Assembly (NCBI GenBank): GCA_009914755.4 | Contig: CP068257.2 | Location: 64,001 to 128,000 of the forward strand | Direction of reading: 5' to 3' | Source: the human T2T-CHM13v2.0 reference genome, Homo sapiens | Length of the DNA: 64,000 bases | Program-made: the position numbers and the translations under genes | Notes under the pieces: generated by a model | What the model was told of the DNA's origin: nothing | The model's input: the letters and a program-made list of their open reading frames with translations, nothing else | Databases searched by the model: none | Shown: piece after piece, positions 29,460 to 41,693 of the stretch | Layout of the letters: each line of letters begins with the position of its first letter | Position numbering within the stretch: position 1 is the stretch's first letter

Positions 29460-32441
29460 ATGTCTGCACCTAAGAACAGTAGGGTCTTGTCTGGCTCTTC
29501 TTATGAACGGTCCCCCAGCCCGGACTCCCCAAGGTCCATGCGAACCTCACCCAGCTTCCCCCTCTCCCCTCTCAGAAACTCAGGCTTAAGGGGAAGCTCC
29601 TCACCAGGGATCCGGAGCTACCATTCACCATCCCCTAGGGCTTCACCACACTCACCTCTGTCATCACCAGAATCCCACAAGCTCCCATTTCCCTGTCCTC
29701 ACCGTGATGGGCAATCAACGAAGCCATTGGGCTCTCCCGTGTCCTCCTCTGAGGATTCCTCAGAGTCCCCACGTTCATCAATAATATACCACATGTTCTT
29801 ACTGCCATCACCCAGCAGCTCACCCCCAGCTCTCGGGGGGTCTCCTGTGTCTCCCAGCTACTCTCCAAACAACCCCAGATTTCAGCTGCGGTCAGCCCCC
29901 CACACCCAGGAATCACCTACAAACTCACGAGCCTCACTTTGCTCCACCCCCGTGTCTTTCATCTCTTCACCCCCAGGCCTCAGGGACTCTCCTGTGGCTC
30001 CCAGTTACTCTCCAGCCATCCCCAGGTTCCTGCGGGAGTCAGCCCCATGCGCCCAGGAGTCCCCCAGAGACTCACAGGTCTCGGGAGATTATGAGCGGTC
30101 CCCCAGCCCTGACTCCCCAAGATTCATGCCTGCCTCACCCAGCTTCTCCCTCTCCCCTCCCAGAAACTCAGACCCAAGGGGCAGCTCCTCACCAGGGGTG
30201 TGGAAGTGCTCTACATCATCCCGCAGGGCTTCACCACTCTCACATCCGTCATCAACAGAATTCCACAACTTTACGTTTCCCTTTCCTAACCAAGCAGAAC
30301 AGTCACTCATGTCATTGTGTTCTCCCGTGACCTCCTCTGGAGATTCTTCACAGTCACCTCATTCATCAATAATATACCATATGTTCTTACTGCCATCATC
30401 CAGCAGCTCACCCCCAGCCACCCATGACTCTCCTGTCTGTCCCAGATACTCTCCAACTACGCCCAGATTTCAGCGGGAGTCTGTACCCCACACCCCAGAA
30501 ACACCTACAAACTCACAGACCTCAGTGAGATCCTCGCCAGTCTCTCTGACGTCTTCACCCACAGCCCTTACGGACCCTCCAGTCTGTCCCAGCTACTCTC
30601 CAACCACGCCCACATTTCAGCGCGGGTCAGTTCCAGGAACCCAGGGATCACCACCAAGCCCACCGCTTTCACTGAGTTACTCCCCAGTCTCTAGCACGTC
30701 TTTATCTCCAACCCTCAGGGACTCGCCTGTCTGTCCCAGCTACTCTCCAAACACGCCCACACTTCAGCGGGAGTCCGTTGCAGGCACCCAGAAGTCACCA
30801 CCAAACTCACCAATTTCACTGCGTTACTCCCCAGTCTCTCTCATGTCTTCACCATCCCTCAGGGACTCTCCCGTCTGTCCCAGCTACTCTCCAACCACGC
30901 CCACATTTCAGCTGGAGTCAGTTCCAGGCACCCCGGAATCACCACCAAACTCACCAATTTCACTCAGTTACTCCTCAGTCTCTAGCACGTCTTTATCTCC
31001 AACCCTCAGGGACTCTCCTGTGTGTCCCAGCTACTCTCCAACCACGCCCACACTTCAGCGGGAGTCAGTTCCAGGCACCCAGGAATCACCACCAAACTCA
31101 CCAATTTCACTCAATTACTCTCCAGTCTCTCTCGTGTCTTCACCAGCCCTCAGGGACTCTCCTGTCTGTCCCAGTTACTCTCCAACCACGCCCACATTTC
31201 AGCTGGAGTCAGTTCCAGGCACCCCGGAGTCACCACCAAACTCACCAGTTTCACTCAGTTACTCCCCGGTCTCTCTCATGTCTTCACCCCCAGCCCTCAG
31301 GGACTCTCCTGTGTGTCCCAGCTACTCTCCAACCATGCCCAGATTTCAGCGGGAGTCTGTTCCAGGCACCCATGTATCACCACCAAACTCAGCAGTTTCA
31401 CTGAGTTACTCCCCAGTCTCTCTCATGTCTTCACCCCCACACCCCTGGGACTCTCCTGTCTGTCCCAGCTACTCTCCCACCACGCCCAGATTTCAGCGGG
31501 AGTCAGCCTCCCACACTCCGGAATCAGATACAGACTCACAGACTTCACTGAGCTCCTCCCTGGTCTCTCTCAGGTCTTTGCCCTCATCCCACAGGGACTC
31601 TTGTGTCTCTTTCAGCTACTCTCAAAACTTCTCTAGATTCCAGCTGGAGTCAGTTCCAGGCACCCACGATACACCACCGAACTCACGAATTTCACTGACT
31701 TACTCCCCTGTCTCCCTCATGTTCTCACCCCCAGCCCTCAGGGACTCTTCTGTCTCTCTCAGCTACTCTCCAACCATCTCCAGATTTCACCTGGAGTCAG
31801 CTTCCCACACCCTGGAATCACCTGCAAACTCACGGACCTTACTGCAACCATCCCCCATTTCTTTCACCTCTTCACCCCCTGCCTTCAGGGACTCTCCTGT
31901 GTCTCCCAGCTTCTCTCCAGCCTTCCCCAGATTTCTGCCACAGCCAGCCCCAGGCACCCAGGACAACCCTAGACACTCACAGGCCTCACCAGACTATCTC
32001 CCTATGACCTTTACCTATACAGGGATGGCTCCCACGCATCCCTCAGTGACCCCAAACCCATCTCCACTTACACTCAGGCACTCCCAGGGCCTGACAGCTA
32101 CTCCCCGTTATTGTCCTTCAGTTCGAAGCCCTGGCCAATCTACTAGCCCACATGACGCAGTTACCTGGCCATTTCTCCACGGTTCCCGGGAGGGCCCCAC
32201 ACCCAGCCGCACAAGAGCCCCTCCTGCATTCCGTCCTCACACGCAGGCCTGTCCATCTACTTGCTACTGTCACACTCTTGCCAGCAGAAGAGGCCCCTGT
32301 AATGGCCGATATCACCACCCAGTCTATCCTCACCCCACAGCTGTGCAGCGGGAAGCCCCTGCTGGCCCACGTGGCTGCCACAGCCCGTGCTGGCACGACG
32401 CTCCAGCAGGTCGGCGTCCCTGCGGGCCAAACTACCGGTGA
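29460..32441 (+). CDS. Ser/Pro-rich tandem-repeat protein, 993 aa (type A, copy 5)
   Basis: Intact ORF with 2 residue differences from copies 2-4 (G>V in DSPVSPSF, C>F in MTFTYTG). Confidence 0.6.
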   Translation: MSAPKNSRVLSGSSYERSPSPDSPRSMRTSPSFPLSPLRNSGLRGSSSPGIRSYHSPSPRASPHSPLSSPESHKLPFPCPHRDGQSTKPLGSPVSSSEDSSESPRSSIIYHMFLLPSPSSSPPALGGSPVSPSYSPNNPRFQLRSAPHTQESPTNSRASLCSTPVSFISSPPGLRDSPVAPSYSPAIPRFLRESAPCAQESPRDSQVSGDYERSPSPDSPRFMPASPSFSLSPPRNSDPRGSSSPGVWKCSTSSRRASPLSHPSSTEFHNFTFPFPNQAEQSLMSLCSPVTSSGDSSQSPHSSIIYHMFLLPSSSSSPPATHDSPVCPRYSPTTPRFQRESVPHTPETPTNSQTSVRSSPVSLTSSPTALTDPPVCPSYSPTTPTFQRGSVPGTQGSPPSPPLSLSYSPVSSTSLSPTLRDSPVCPSYSPNTPTLQRESVAGTQKSPPNSPISLRYSPVSLMSSPSLRDSPVCPSYSPTTPTFQLESVPGTPESPPNSPISLSYSSVSSTSLSPTLRDSPVCPSYSPTTPTLQRESVPGTQESPPNSPISLNYSPVSLVSSPALRDSPVCPSYSPTTPTFQLESVPGTPESPPNSPVSLSYSPVSLMSSPPALRDSPVCPSYSPTMPRFQRESVPGTHVSPPNSAVSLSYSPVSLMSSPPHPWDSPVCPSYSPTTPRFQRESASHTPESDTDSQTSLSSSLVSLRSLPSSHRDSCVSFSYSQNFSRFQLESVPGTHDTPPNSRISLTYSPVSLMFSPPALRDSSVSLSYSPTISRFHLESASHTLESPANSRTLLQPSPISFTSSPPAFRDSPVSPSFSPAFPRFLPQPAPGTQDNPRHSQASPDYLPMTFTYTGMAPTHPSVTPNPSPLTLRHSQGLTATPRYCPSVRSPGQSTSPHDAVTWPFLHGSREGPTPSRTRAPPAFRPHTQACPSTCYCHTLASRRGPCNGRYHHPVYPHPTAVQREAPAGPRGCHSPCWHDAPAGRRPCGPNYR
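30426..31997 (+). repeat. 144-bp coding minisatellite (copy 5)
   Basis: Same offsets from the ATG. Confidence 0.9.
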
Positions 32442-32666
32442 CATGTCTAGCGTGACCCTCCTTCCTGGCAGTGACACTGTTGATGTGAACCCCAATTTCA
32501 CATCTGTCATTTGTAAATAGGACCATTTTCCCTTTTCGCTCTCCCTTCCATTCACAGGGCTTTTCATTCTCTCTGTTACTGCCTCCGTTTCAGATATTTA
32601 CTCACCTTTTTCTCTCTCACTATGTCTGCCGTGAGCTCCATGAGAGTGCCCACATAAGATTCCCCC

Positions 32667-32713
32667 ATTAAAAGTCATGAATTGAGTGGCTTTTAGTATA
32701 CCTGTGGTTGTGC
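32667..32713 (+). terminator. Predicted poly(A) signal of copy 5
   Basis: ATTAAA 32667-32672, 226 nt after the stop because of a 1-bp deletion upstream. Confidence 0.5.
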
Positions 32714-32997
32714 ACATTCAAATTTAATTCGCAATTCATTGTAGAACGTCTTATCACTCCCGGCCAGAGAAAAACCCTGTAGACATTAGACACTCCTCAT
32801 TCTGTCTCAAACCCTCTCCCTGACCCTCAGCCCTAGGTAGCAACTACCTAGTGCGATCAATCCCATATGCATAGATTACCATATTGTGGACATTTCCTTT
32901 AAGCGGAATTGCACAATAGGTGAGCTGTTATGACTGACATAACACGTAGCACAATATTTTCAAGATTCGTCCACATTGTAGGCTTACCCACAGGGGG
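32690..32997 (-). mobile_element. Antisense L1-like segment (after copy 5)
   Basis: Repeat of 7364-7671, shifted by a 1-bp deletion. Confidence 0.5.
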
Positions 32998-33032
32998 AAA
33001 CCATTTTTTTGGGGGCTTTTAGTAACACCGGT

Positions 33033-33152
33033 GTTTTCTCCTTCCTTACGTCCTTCTTTCCTTCTTTCCTTCCTTCCTTCCTTCCTTCCTTCCTTCCTTC
33101 CTTTCTTCCTTCCTTCCTTCCTGACTTCCTTCTTTCCTTCCCTCCTTCCTCC
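33033..33152. repeat. (TTCC)n microsatellite
   Basis: Direct reading. Confidence 0.95.
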
Positions 33153-33893
33153 TATTTCTCTCTTACTCCTTCTGCCCTCTCTCTTTCCTATGCCTTAGGT
33201 GCATCCCACATTCTGCGTTTTTTTGGGGAAATCCTCGACAGGTGCAGGAAAATTGTGTTATTGTAACAATTTACCGTTATCTCTCTTTCACGGCTCTCCA
33301 TCAGTTGTGAACATCTATTGGTTTATCCCAAGTCACTAAGCATATTTTCATTAGGTAAACCTGTTTTTCCTTCTACAGCTGTTTCTGGAGTATAGGGTCG
33401 CATACTCATAAACCCAGTGTAACTCAGAAACGCATCTAATATTCCAGTAAACCCATCATAACGTTGAAAAATCGTAAATCAAACCATCATAAGTCACGGT
33501 TTGTCCGTGGATATGGGCGTCATCAATTCCATTGTATTCAGTAATGCTGTACACCATTAACAATGGCAGACTGATTGGGAGTGGATATTGATAGCATTAT
33601 AAAAGTCAGTTATTAGAGGGATACTTCTTTAACCTGACTGAAGAACTGATCTAATGGCTTTAGTACAGTGCATGATTATGTGCGATGTTTTGAGACAGAG
33701 TAGTACATTTGTGAATGAAATTTTATGGCTTTTTTTTCACTTAGTAGGAACCATTGTGTGTGGAAAAGTGAGAAAATGGCTTTCTGCTGTAGGGTCTGGC
33801 ATTCATTGTAGATGTAAGCTTATTTTTCTGTGAGCAAATCTTATTCAATAAAATACTACTCTTTATACTAAAAAACAAAAACAGTGGTGATGT

Positions 33894-34226
33894 GTGGTCT
33901 TTACCCTCAGCAAACTTATCCAGGGAAAAGAAAACCAAACGCCACAACTCACTTATAATGGGAGCTGAAAAATGAGATCCCATGGACACAGGAAGGGGAA
34001 CAACACACACTGGGGCCTTCCGGGAGACAGAGCGTTAAGAAAAACAGCTACTGCATGCTGGGCCTAATACCTAGGTGATGGGTTGACAGATGCAGCAAAC
34101 CACCATGGCACACGTTAACCTTAATAACAAATCTGCACATCCTGCACATGTACCCCAGAACTTAGGAACGAAACGAAACAAAAGACAACGAAAAAGCAAC
34201 AGCAAAACGCTAAAGGCAAAATAAAG
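33894..34226 (+). mobile_element. Same truncated L1 3' end (unit 6)
   Basis: Copy at +6340. Confidence 0.85.
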
Positions 34227-35385
34227 TTTCAAACTGAGAAAGTGACAGACCAACGTCTGGTTCAAATCATGGTTCTCAACCCAGGTGCCATAAGGTCAGG
34301 ATAAAGGATGTGATTACATATTGTCAATAAGACATGCAACAAATGACCAGAATGATTATTCTCAACATATGTGTGTCTTCTAATTCAATGGTGACGCTAT
34401 CTACCGGGACATAGCATTAGATTCCAAAGGGCCGAGTCCCGCCAGACAGGCCTCCCACACTAATAACAATGGGAAGCCGTACGTTGCTTTACCTGTGCTT
34501 CTCAGCCACTGGCTATAAATCAGGTTGCCACCACTCCCAGATTTAGTTGCATTCATTAGCTGGAAGAGCTCACAGCACGCAGGGAAACACTTACATTTGC
34601 CGTTGTATTTTAGCGGACATTGCACAAAGTTCAGAAATAAATGTGGGGCCCGGCATGTGGGGAGGGGGGCACTACCTTCCAGGAAGTGTTATCCAGAAGC
34701 TCTCTGAACCCAGTCCTTTTGGGTTTTGATGGAGACCTCATTCTATAGGCATGATGGGTTAAACCATAAGCTATTGGTGATCAACTCCACCTGGGGCTCT
34801 CCACCCTCCCTGGAAATTGGGGTTGAGGCTTTGCCATTCTCAGTCTGACTAAAAGAATTTACCCAAACGGAACTTTAAAACAGATGAGCATAACTGGAAT
34901 CTTAATTAGATGATTGGATTATTTGGAGCCACACCTTGATATTCCTAACCCGAGCACCCTCATCCAACGAATGCTCCACCCAACTGGCTCCCAAGTCTCT
35001 ACGTGGTTCCAGAGCAAAAGGATGTTGATACAACGCATATCTCCACCTTTTCTTCCAAGTCTTTTCGCTTACACGGAAAGACTTCTTCAACTGCCATGCA
35101 TCAGGGTCAGGGGGAGGTCTTGTTACAACACAGATCTGCGGATCTCCGGCGTTTGACAGTGGCAAGGATGCTGCTGGTGTCAAAACCACAACGTGGGAAC
35201 CACAGAACCACTAGTGGGTTTTCAGTGTTTCAGTGCATACAATTCCTAATATTTCTGGCCAAGAAAACTTGTAAGTTCTTAGATTGTCCCAAAGGTGGCG
35301 CATGAAATCAAATCAGGAGAACAGTTTCCTACGAGGTGTAGCCTGGGAAAGTTGGGGGTGACTGATGGAAAGGAGGAGTGAAGCT

Positions 35386-35454
35386 CCGCCCTTTCCGCTG
35401 CTAGGCTGCGCCCGAGGCTATTTAAACCCACCCTGGCTGGCCTGTACTCAGATG
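35386..35454 (+). promoter_or_regulatory. Predicted core promoter of copy 6, with a variant Inr
   Basis: TATTTAAA 35419-35426; TCAGATG with its A at 35450 (last Inr base C>G). Confidence 0.5.
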
Positions 35455-35573
35455 TTCGCGGAGCGGATCAGCGGCCGGAGCGTTTGGCGGACTCTGCGTG
35501 GACTCGGAGCTCACAGCGTCTTGCGACTTGGAAGCGGGTTCAGAGGACAGGACAGAACACTTGGGCAAGTGAA

Positions 35574-35744
35574 TCTCTGTCTGTCTCTCTGTCTGTCTGT
35601 CTGTCCCATTGGTTGGTTGATTTCCATTTTCTTAAGGGGCACATTCCTCATACCGCACACACACAAACAGACACACGCACACACACACGCACACACACAC
35701 ACGCACACGCACACACACGCACACGCACACACACGCACACACAC
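35574..35744. repeat. Leader compound microsatellite, copy 6 (interrupted TCTG run, longest CA/CG tract)
   Basis: Direct reading. Confidence 0.95.
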
Positions 35745-35805
35745 TCGTTCCTTCAGCGAGTTAGAACATTAGTAGGGGCCCCTGGGAGCTGCAGGTTTCC
35801 TAATC

Positions 35806-38800
35806 ATGTCTGCACCTAAGAACAGTAGGGTCTTGTCTGGCTCTTCTTATGAACCGTCCCCCAGCCCGTTCTCCCCAAGGTCCATGCGAGCCTCACCCAG
35901 CTTCCCCCTCTCCCCTCTCAGAAACTCAGGCTTAAGGGGAAGCTCCTCACCAGGGATCCGGAGCTACCATTCACCATCCCCTAGGGCTTCACCACACTCA
36001 CCTCTGTCATCACCAGTATCCCACAATCTCCCATTTCCCTGTCCTATCCGTGATGGGCAATCAATGAAGCCATTGGGCTCTCCCGTGTCCTCCTCTGAGG
36101 ATTCCTCAGAGTCCCCACGTTCATCAATAATATACCACATGTTCTTACTGCCATCACCCAGCAGCTCACCCCCAGCTCTCGGGGGTCTCCTGGGTCTCCC
36201 AGCTACTCTCCAAACAACCCCAGATTTCAGCTGGAGTCAGCCCCCCACACCCAGGAATCACCTGCAAACTCACGAGCCTCACGGTGCTCCTCCCCTATGT
36301 CTTTCATCTCTTCACCCCCAGGCCTCAGGGACTCTCCTGTGGCTCCCAGTTACTCTCAAGCCATCCCCATGTTCCTGCGGGAGTCAGCCCCATGCACTCA
36401 GGAGTCCCCCAGAGACTCACAGGTCTCGGGAGATTATGAGCGGTCCCCCAGCCCTGACTCCTCAAGATTCATGCCTGCCTCACCCAGCTTCTCCCTCTCC
36501 CCTCCCAGAAACTCAGACCCAAGGGGCAGCTTCTCACAAGGGATGTGGAAGTACTCTACATCATCCCGCAGGGCTTCACCACTCTCACATCCGTCATCGG
36601 CAGAATTCCACAACTTTACATTTCCCTTTCCTAACCAAGCAGGACAATCACTCATGTCATTGTGTTCTCCCGTGTCCTCCTCTGGAGATTCCTCACAGTC
36701 ACCCCATTCATCAATAATATACCATGTGTTCTTACTGCCATCATCCAGCAGCTCACCCCCAGCCACCAATGACTCTCCTGTCTGTCCCAGCTACTCTCCA
36801 AATACGCCCAGATTTCAGCGGGCGTCGGTATCCAACACCCCAGAAACACCTACAAACTCACAGACCTCAGTGAGATCCACGCCAGTCTCTCTCACGTCTT
36901 CACCCCCAGGCCTTACGGACCCTCCAGTCTCTCCCAGCTACTATCCAACCACGCGCACATTTCAGCGCGGGTCAGATCCAGGAACCCAGGGATCACCACC
37001 AAGCCCACCACTTTCACTGTGTTACTCCCCAGTCTCAAGCACGTCTTTACCTCCAACCCTCAGGGACTCTCCTGTCTGTCCCAGCTATTCTCCAACCACG
37101 CCCACGTTTCAGCGGGAGTCCGTTGCAGGCACCCAGCAATCACCAGCAAACTCACCAATTTCACTGCGTTACTCCCCAGTCTCTCTCATGTCTTCACCAG
37201 CCCTGAGGGAGTCTCCCGTCTGTCCCAGCTACTCTCCAACCACACCCACTTTTCAGCTGGAGTCCGTTCGAGGCACCCCGGAGTCACCACCAAACTCACC
37301 AATTACACTCAATTACTCTCCAGTCTCTCTCATGTCTTCACCAGCCCTCAGGGACTCTCCCGTCTGTCCCAGCTACTCTCCAACCACCCCCAGATTTCAG
37401 CTGCAAGCAGTTCCTTGCTCCCCGGAATCAACACCAAACTCACCAATTTCACTCAATTACTCTCCAGTCTCTCTCATGTCTTCACCAGCCCTCAGGGACT
37501 CTCCCATCTGTCCCAGCTACTCTCCAACCACGCCCAGATTTCAGCTGGAAGCAGTTCCTTGCACCCAGGAATCACCGCCAAACTCACCAATTTCACTCAA
37601 TTACTCCCCAGTCTCTCTCATGTCTTCACCATCCCTCAGGGACTCTCCCGTCTGTCCCAGCTACTCTCCAACCACGCCCACATTTCAGCTGGAGTACCTT
37701 CGAGGCACCCCGGAGTCACCACCAAACTCACCAATTTCACTCAATTACTCTCCAGTCTCTCTCATGTCTTCACCAGCCCTCAGGGACTCTCCCGACTGTC
37801 CCAGCTACTCTCCAACAACGTCCAGATTTCAGCTGGAAGCAGTTCCTTGCTCCCCAGAATCAACACCAAACTCACCAATTTCACTCAATTACTCTCCAGT
37901 CTCTCTCATGTCTTCACCAGCCATCAGGGACTCTCCCGTCTGTCCCAGCTACTCTCCAACCACGCCCACATGTCAGCTGGAGTCCGTTCGAGACACCCCG
38001 GAGTCACCACCAAACTCACCAATTTCACTCAATTACACTCCAGTCTCTCTCATGTCTTCACCAGCCATCAGGGACTCTCCCGTCTGTCCCAGCTACTCTC
38101 CAAAGACGCCCACATTTCAGCTGGAGTCTGTTCCAGGCACACTGGAGTCACCACCAAACTCACCAATTTCACTCAATTACTCTCCAGTCTCTCTCATGTC
38201 TTCACCAGCCCTCAGGGACCCTCCTGTCTGTCCCAGCTACTCTCCAACCACCCCCAGATTTCAGCTGGCGTCAGTTCCAGGCACCCCGGAGTCACCACCA
38301 AACTCACCAGTTTCACTGAGTTACTCCCCGGTCTCTCTCATGTCTTCACCGCCAGCCCTCAGGGACTCTCCTGTGTGTCCCAGCTACTCTCCAACCACGC
38401 CCACATTTCAGCTGGAGTCAGTTCCAGGCACCCCGGAGTCACCACCAAACTCACCAATTTCACTCAATTACTCTCCAGTCTCTCTCATGTCTTCACCAGC
38501 CCTCAGGGACTCTCCTGTCTGTCCCAGCTACTCTCCAACCACGCCCAGATTTCAGCTGGAAGCAGTTCCTTGCACCCCAGAATCACCTCCAAACTCACCA
38601 ATTTCACTCAATTACTCTCTAGTCTCTCTCATGTCTTCACCAGTCCTCAGGGACCCTCCTGTCTGTCCCAGCTACTCTCCAACCACACCCAGATTTCAGT
38701 TGGAGTCAGTTCCAGGCACCGCGGAGTCACCACCAAACTCACCAGTTTCACTGAGTTACTCCCCGTTCTCTCTCATGTCTTCACCGCCAGCCCTCAGGGA

Positions 38801-39938
38801 CTCTCCTGTTTGTCCCCGCTACTCTCCAACCACGCCCACATTCCAGCTGGAGTCACTTGCAGGCACCCAGGAATTACCTACAAACTCAGCAGTTTCACTG
38901 AGTTACTCCCCAGTCTCTCTCATGTCTTCACCCCCAGCCCCCTGGGACTCTCCTGTCTGTCCCAGCTCCTCTCCCACCACGCCCAGATTTCAGAGGGAGT
39001 CAGCCCCCCACACTGCGGAATCACCTACAGACTCACAGACTTCACGGAGGTCCTCCCTGGTCTCTCTCAGGTCTTTGCCCTCAGCCCACAGGGACTCTTG
39101 TGTCTCTTTCAGCTACTCTCGAAACTTCTCTAGATTCCAGCTGGACTCAGTTCCAGGCACCCACGACACACCACCAAACTCACGAATTTCACTGACTTAC
39201 TCCCCAGTCTCTCTCATGTTCTCACCCCCAGCCCTCAGGGACTCTTCTGTCTCTCTCAGCTACTCTCCAGCCATCTCCACATCACACCTGGGGTCAGCTT
39301 CCCACACCCAGGAATCACCTACAAACTCACGGACCTTACTGCAACCCTCCCCCATTTCTTTCACCTCTTCACCCCCTGCTTTCAGGGACTCTCCTGTGTC
39401 TCCCAGCTTCTCTCCAGCCTTCCCCAGATTTCTGCCACAGTCAGCCCCAGGCACCCAGGGTTACCCTGGACACTCACAGGCCTCACGAGACTATTTCCCA
39501 ATGACTTGTATCTATAGAGGGATGGCTCCCATACTTCCCTCAGTGACCTCAAACCCATCTCCACTTACACTCAGACACTCCCAGGGCCTGACAGCTACTC
39601 CCCGTTATTGTCCTTCAGCTCGAAGCCCTGGCCCATCTACTAGCCAACATGATGCAGCTACCTGGCCATGTCTCCACATTTCTGGGGAGGGCCCCACACC
39701 CAGCCGCAGAAGAGCCCCTCCTGCATTCCGTCCTCACACACAGGCCTGTCCATCCACTTGCTACTGTCACCCTCTTGCCAGCAGAAGAGGCCCCTGTAAT
39801 GGCCGATATCACCGCCCAGTCTATCCTCACCCCACAGCTGTGCAGCGGGACCCTCCTGCTGGCCCACGTGGCTGCCACAGCCCATGCTGGCACGACGCTC
39901 CAGCATGTCGGCGTCCCTGCGGGCCACGCTACCGCTGA
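35806..39938 (+). pseudogene. Frameshifted A/B-hybrid copy 6 of the Ser/Pro-rich repeat gene
   Basis: The span is 4133 nt against 4134 in type B. The G-run at 36181-36185 is G5, where type A has G6 at the same offset (e.g. 10844-10849). The ATG frame therefore stops at 36717. The type B-like frame is open from 36297 to 39938 (1213 codons). Confidence 0.65.
36771..39494 (+). repeat. 144-bp minisatellite, ~19 repeats (copy 6)
   Basis: 144-bp spacing checked directly: cagtctctctcatgtcttcaccagcc at 37321 and at 37465. Confidence 0.9.
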
Positions 39939-40164
39939 CATGGCTAGCATCACCCTCCTTCCTGGCAGTGACACTGCTGATTTGAACCCCAGTTTCACAG
40001 CTGTCATTTGTAAATAGGACCATTTTCCCTTTTCTCTCTCCCTTCCATTCACAGGGCTTCTCATTCCCTCTGTTTCTGCCTCCGTTTCAGAGATTTACTC
40101 ACCTTTTTCTCTCTCACTATGTCTGCCGTGGTCTCCATAAGAGTGTGCCACATAAAATTGCCCC

Positions 40165-40211
40165 ATTAAAAGTCATGAATTGAGTGGATTTTAGTATACC
40201 TGTGGTTGTGC
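40165..40211 (+). terminator. Predicted poly(A) signal of copy 6
   Basis: ATTAAA 40165-40170; downstream TGTGGTTGTGC. Confidence 0.45.
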
Positions 40212-40497
40212 ACATTCAATTTTAATTCGCAATCCATTTTAGAAGGTTTTATCACCCCCGACCAGAGAAACACCCTGTGGACAATAGTCACTCCTCATTC
40301 TGTCTCAAACCCTCTCCCTGACCCTCAGCCCTAGGTAACAACTGCATAGAGCGATCAACCCCATATGCATAGATTTCCATATTGTGGACAGTTCCTATAA
40401 ACGGAATTGCACAATACGTGAGCTTTTGTGACTGACATAACACTTTTAGCACAATATTTTCAAGATTCATCCACATTGCAGCCTTACCCACAGGGGG
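40188..40497 (-). mobile_element. Antisense L1-like segment, type B version (after copy 6)
   Basis: Diverged homologue of 7364-7671. Confidence 0.5.
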
Positions 40498-40530
40498 AAA
40501 CCGCATTTTGTGGTTTCAGTAACACCGGGT

Positions 40531-40627
40531 GTTTTCTCCTTCCTTCCGTCTTTCCTTCCTTCCTTCCTTCCTTCCTTCCTTCCTTCCTTCCTTCCTCCCT
40601 TCCTCCCTTCCTTCCTCCCTTCCTCCC
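40531..40627. repeat. (TTCC)n then (TTCCTCCC)-like tract, type B version
   Basis: Direct reading. Confidence 0.95.
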
Positions 40628-41358
40628 ATTTCTCTCTTATTCCTTCTGCCCTCTCTCTTTCATATGCCTTAGGTGCATCCTACGTCCTGCGTCTTTTTGG
40701 GGAATCCTCGACAGGTGCTGGAAAATTGTGTTATTGTAATTATTTACCGGTATCTCTCTTTCATGGTTCTCCATCAGTTGTAAGCATCTATTGGTTTATC
40801 CCAGGTCACTAAGTATATTTTAATTAGCTACACCTGTTTTTCTTTATACACCTGTTTCTGGAGTATAGGGTCGCATACTCATAAACCCAGTGTAACTCAG
40901 AAACGCATCTAATATTCCAATAGACCCATCATAACGTTGAAAAATCATAAATCAAACCAACTTAAGTCACGATTTGGCGCTGGATATGGGCTCCATCAAT
41001 TCCATTGTATTCAATAATGCTGTACACCATTAACAATGGCAGACTGATTGGGCGTGGATGTGGATAACATTATAAAAATCAGTTATTAGAGGGATACTTT
41101 AACCTGACGGAAGAGCTGATCTAATGGTATTAGTACAGTGATGATTATGTGAGATGTTTTGAGACAGAGTAGTACATTTGTGTATGAGATTCTGTGGCTT
41201 TTTTCACTTAGTAGGAACCTTTGTGTGTGGAAAACTGAGAAAATTGCTTTGTGCTGTAGAGTCTGGCATTCGTTGTAGATTAAAGCTTATTTTTCTGGAT
41301 GTAAATCTTATTCAATAAAATACTACTCTTTATAATAAAAAACAAAGACACTGGTGAT

Positions 41359-41693
41359 GTGAAGTCATTATCCTCAGCAAACTAATCCAGGAACAGAAAA
41401 CCAAACGCCACATTCTCACTTATAATGGGAGCTGAAAAATGGGATCACGTGGACACAGGAAGGGGAACAACACACACTGGGGCCTTTCGGGAGGCAGAGC
41501 GTTAAGAAAAACAGCTACCGCATGCTGGGCTTAATACCTAGGTGATGGGTTGACAGGTGCAGCAAACCACCGTGGCACACGTTTACCTTAGTAACAAATC
41601 TGCACAGCCTGCCCATATATTCCAGAACTTAGAAACGAAACGAAAGCAAAGAAAACGAGAAAGCGATAGCAAAACGCTAACGGCGAAACAGAG
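41359..41693 (+). mobile_element. Same truncated L1 3' end, type B version (unit 7)
   Basis: gaagtcattatcctcagcaaactaatccaggaacagaaaaccaaacgccacattctcacttataatgggagctgaaaaatggg... Confidence 0.85.

Larger units (their letters stand above)
1126..35805 (+). repeat. Type A sub-array: spacers and genes of copies 1-5 plus the A-like spacer upstream of copy 6
   Basis: Period is 6329-6346 bp with 993-codon ORFs. Spacers share the A-type (TTCC)n/ctgacttcc structure. Confidence 0.9.

Noticed and set aside
37019-39133. A 704-codon ORF in a second + frame across the 144-bp repeats of type B (also at 44455, 51891 and 59327), and 204-208-codon alternate-frame ORFs in type A (e.g. 5451-6077, 5695-6309)
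   Set aside because: One stop-free 144-bp unit copied many times keeps a frame open automatically. These ORFs begin and end within the repeat block, many start at non-ATG codons in the track, and they have no upstream promoter or ATG context of their own. The main frame alone continues through the non-repetitive N- and C-terminal parts.
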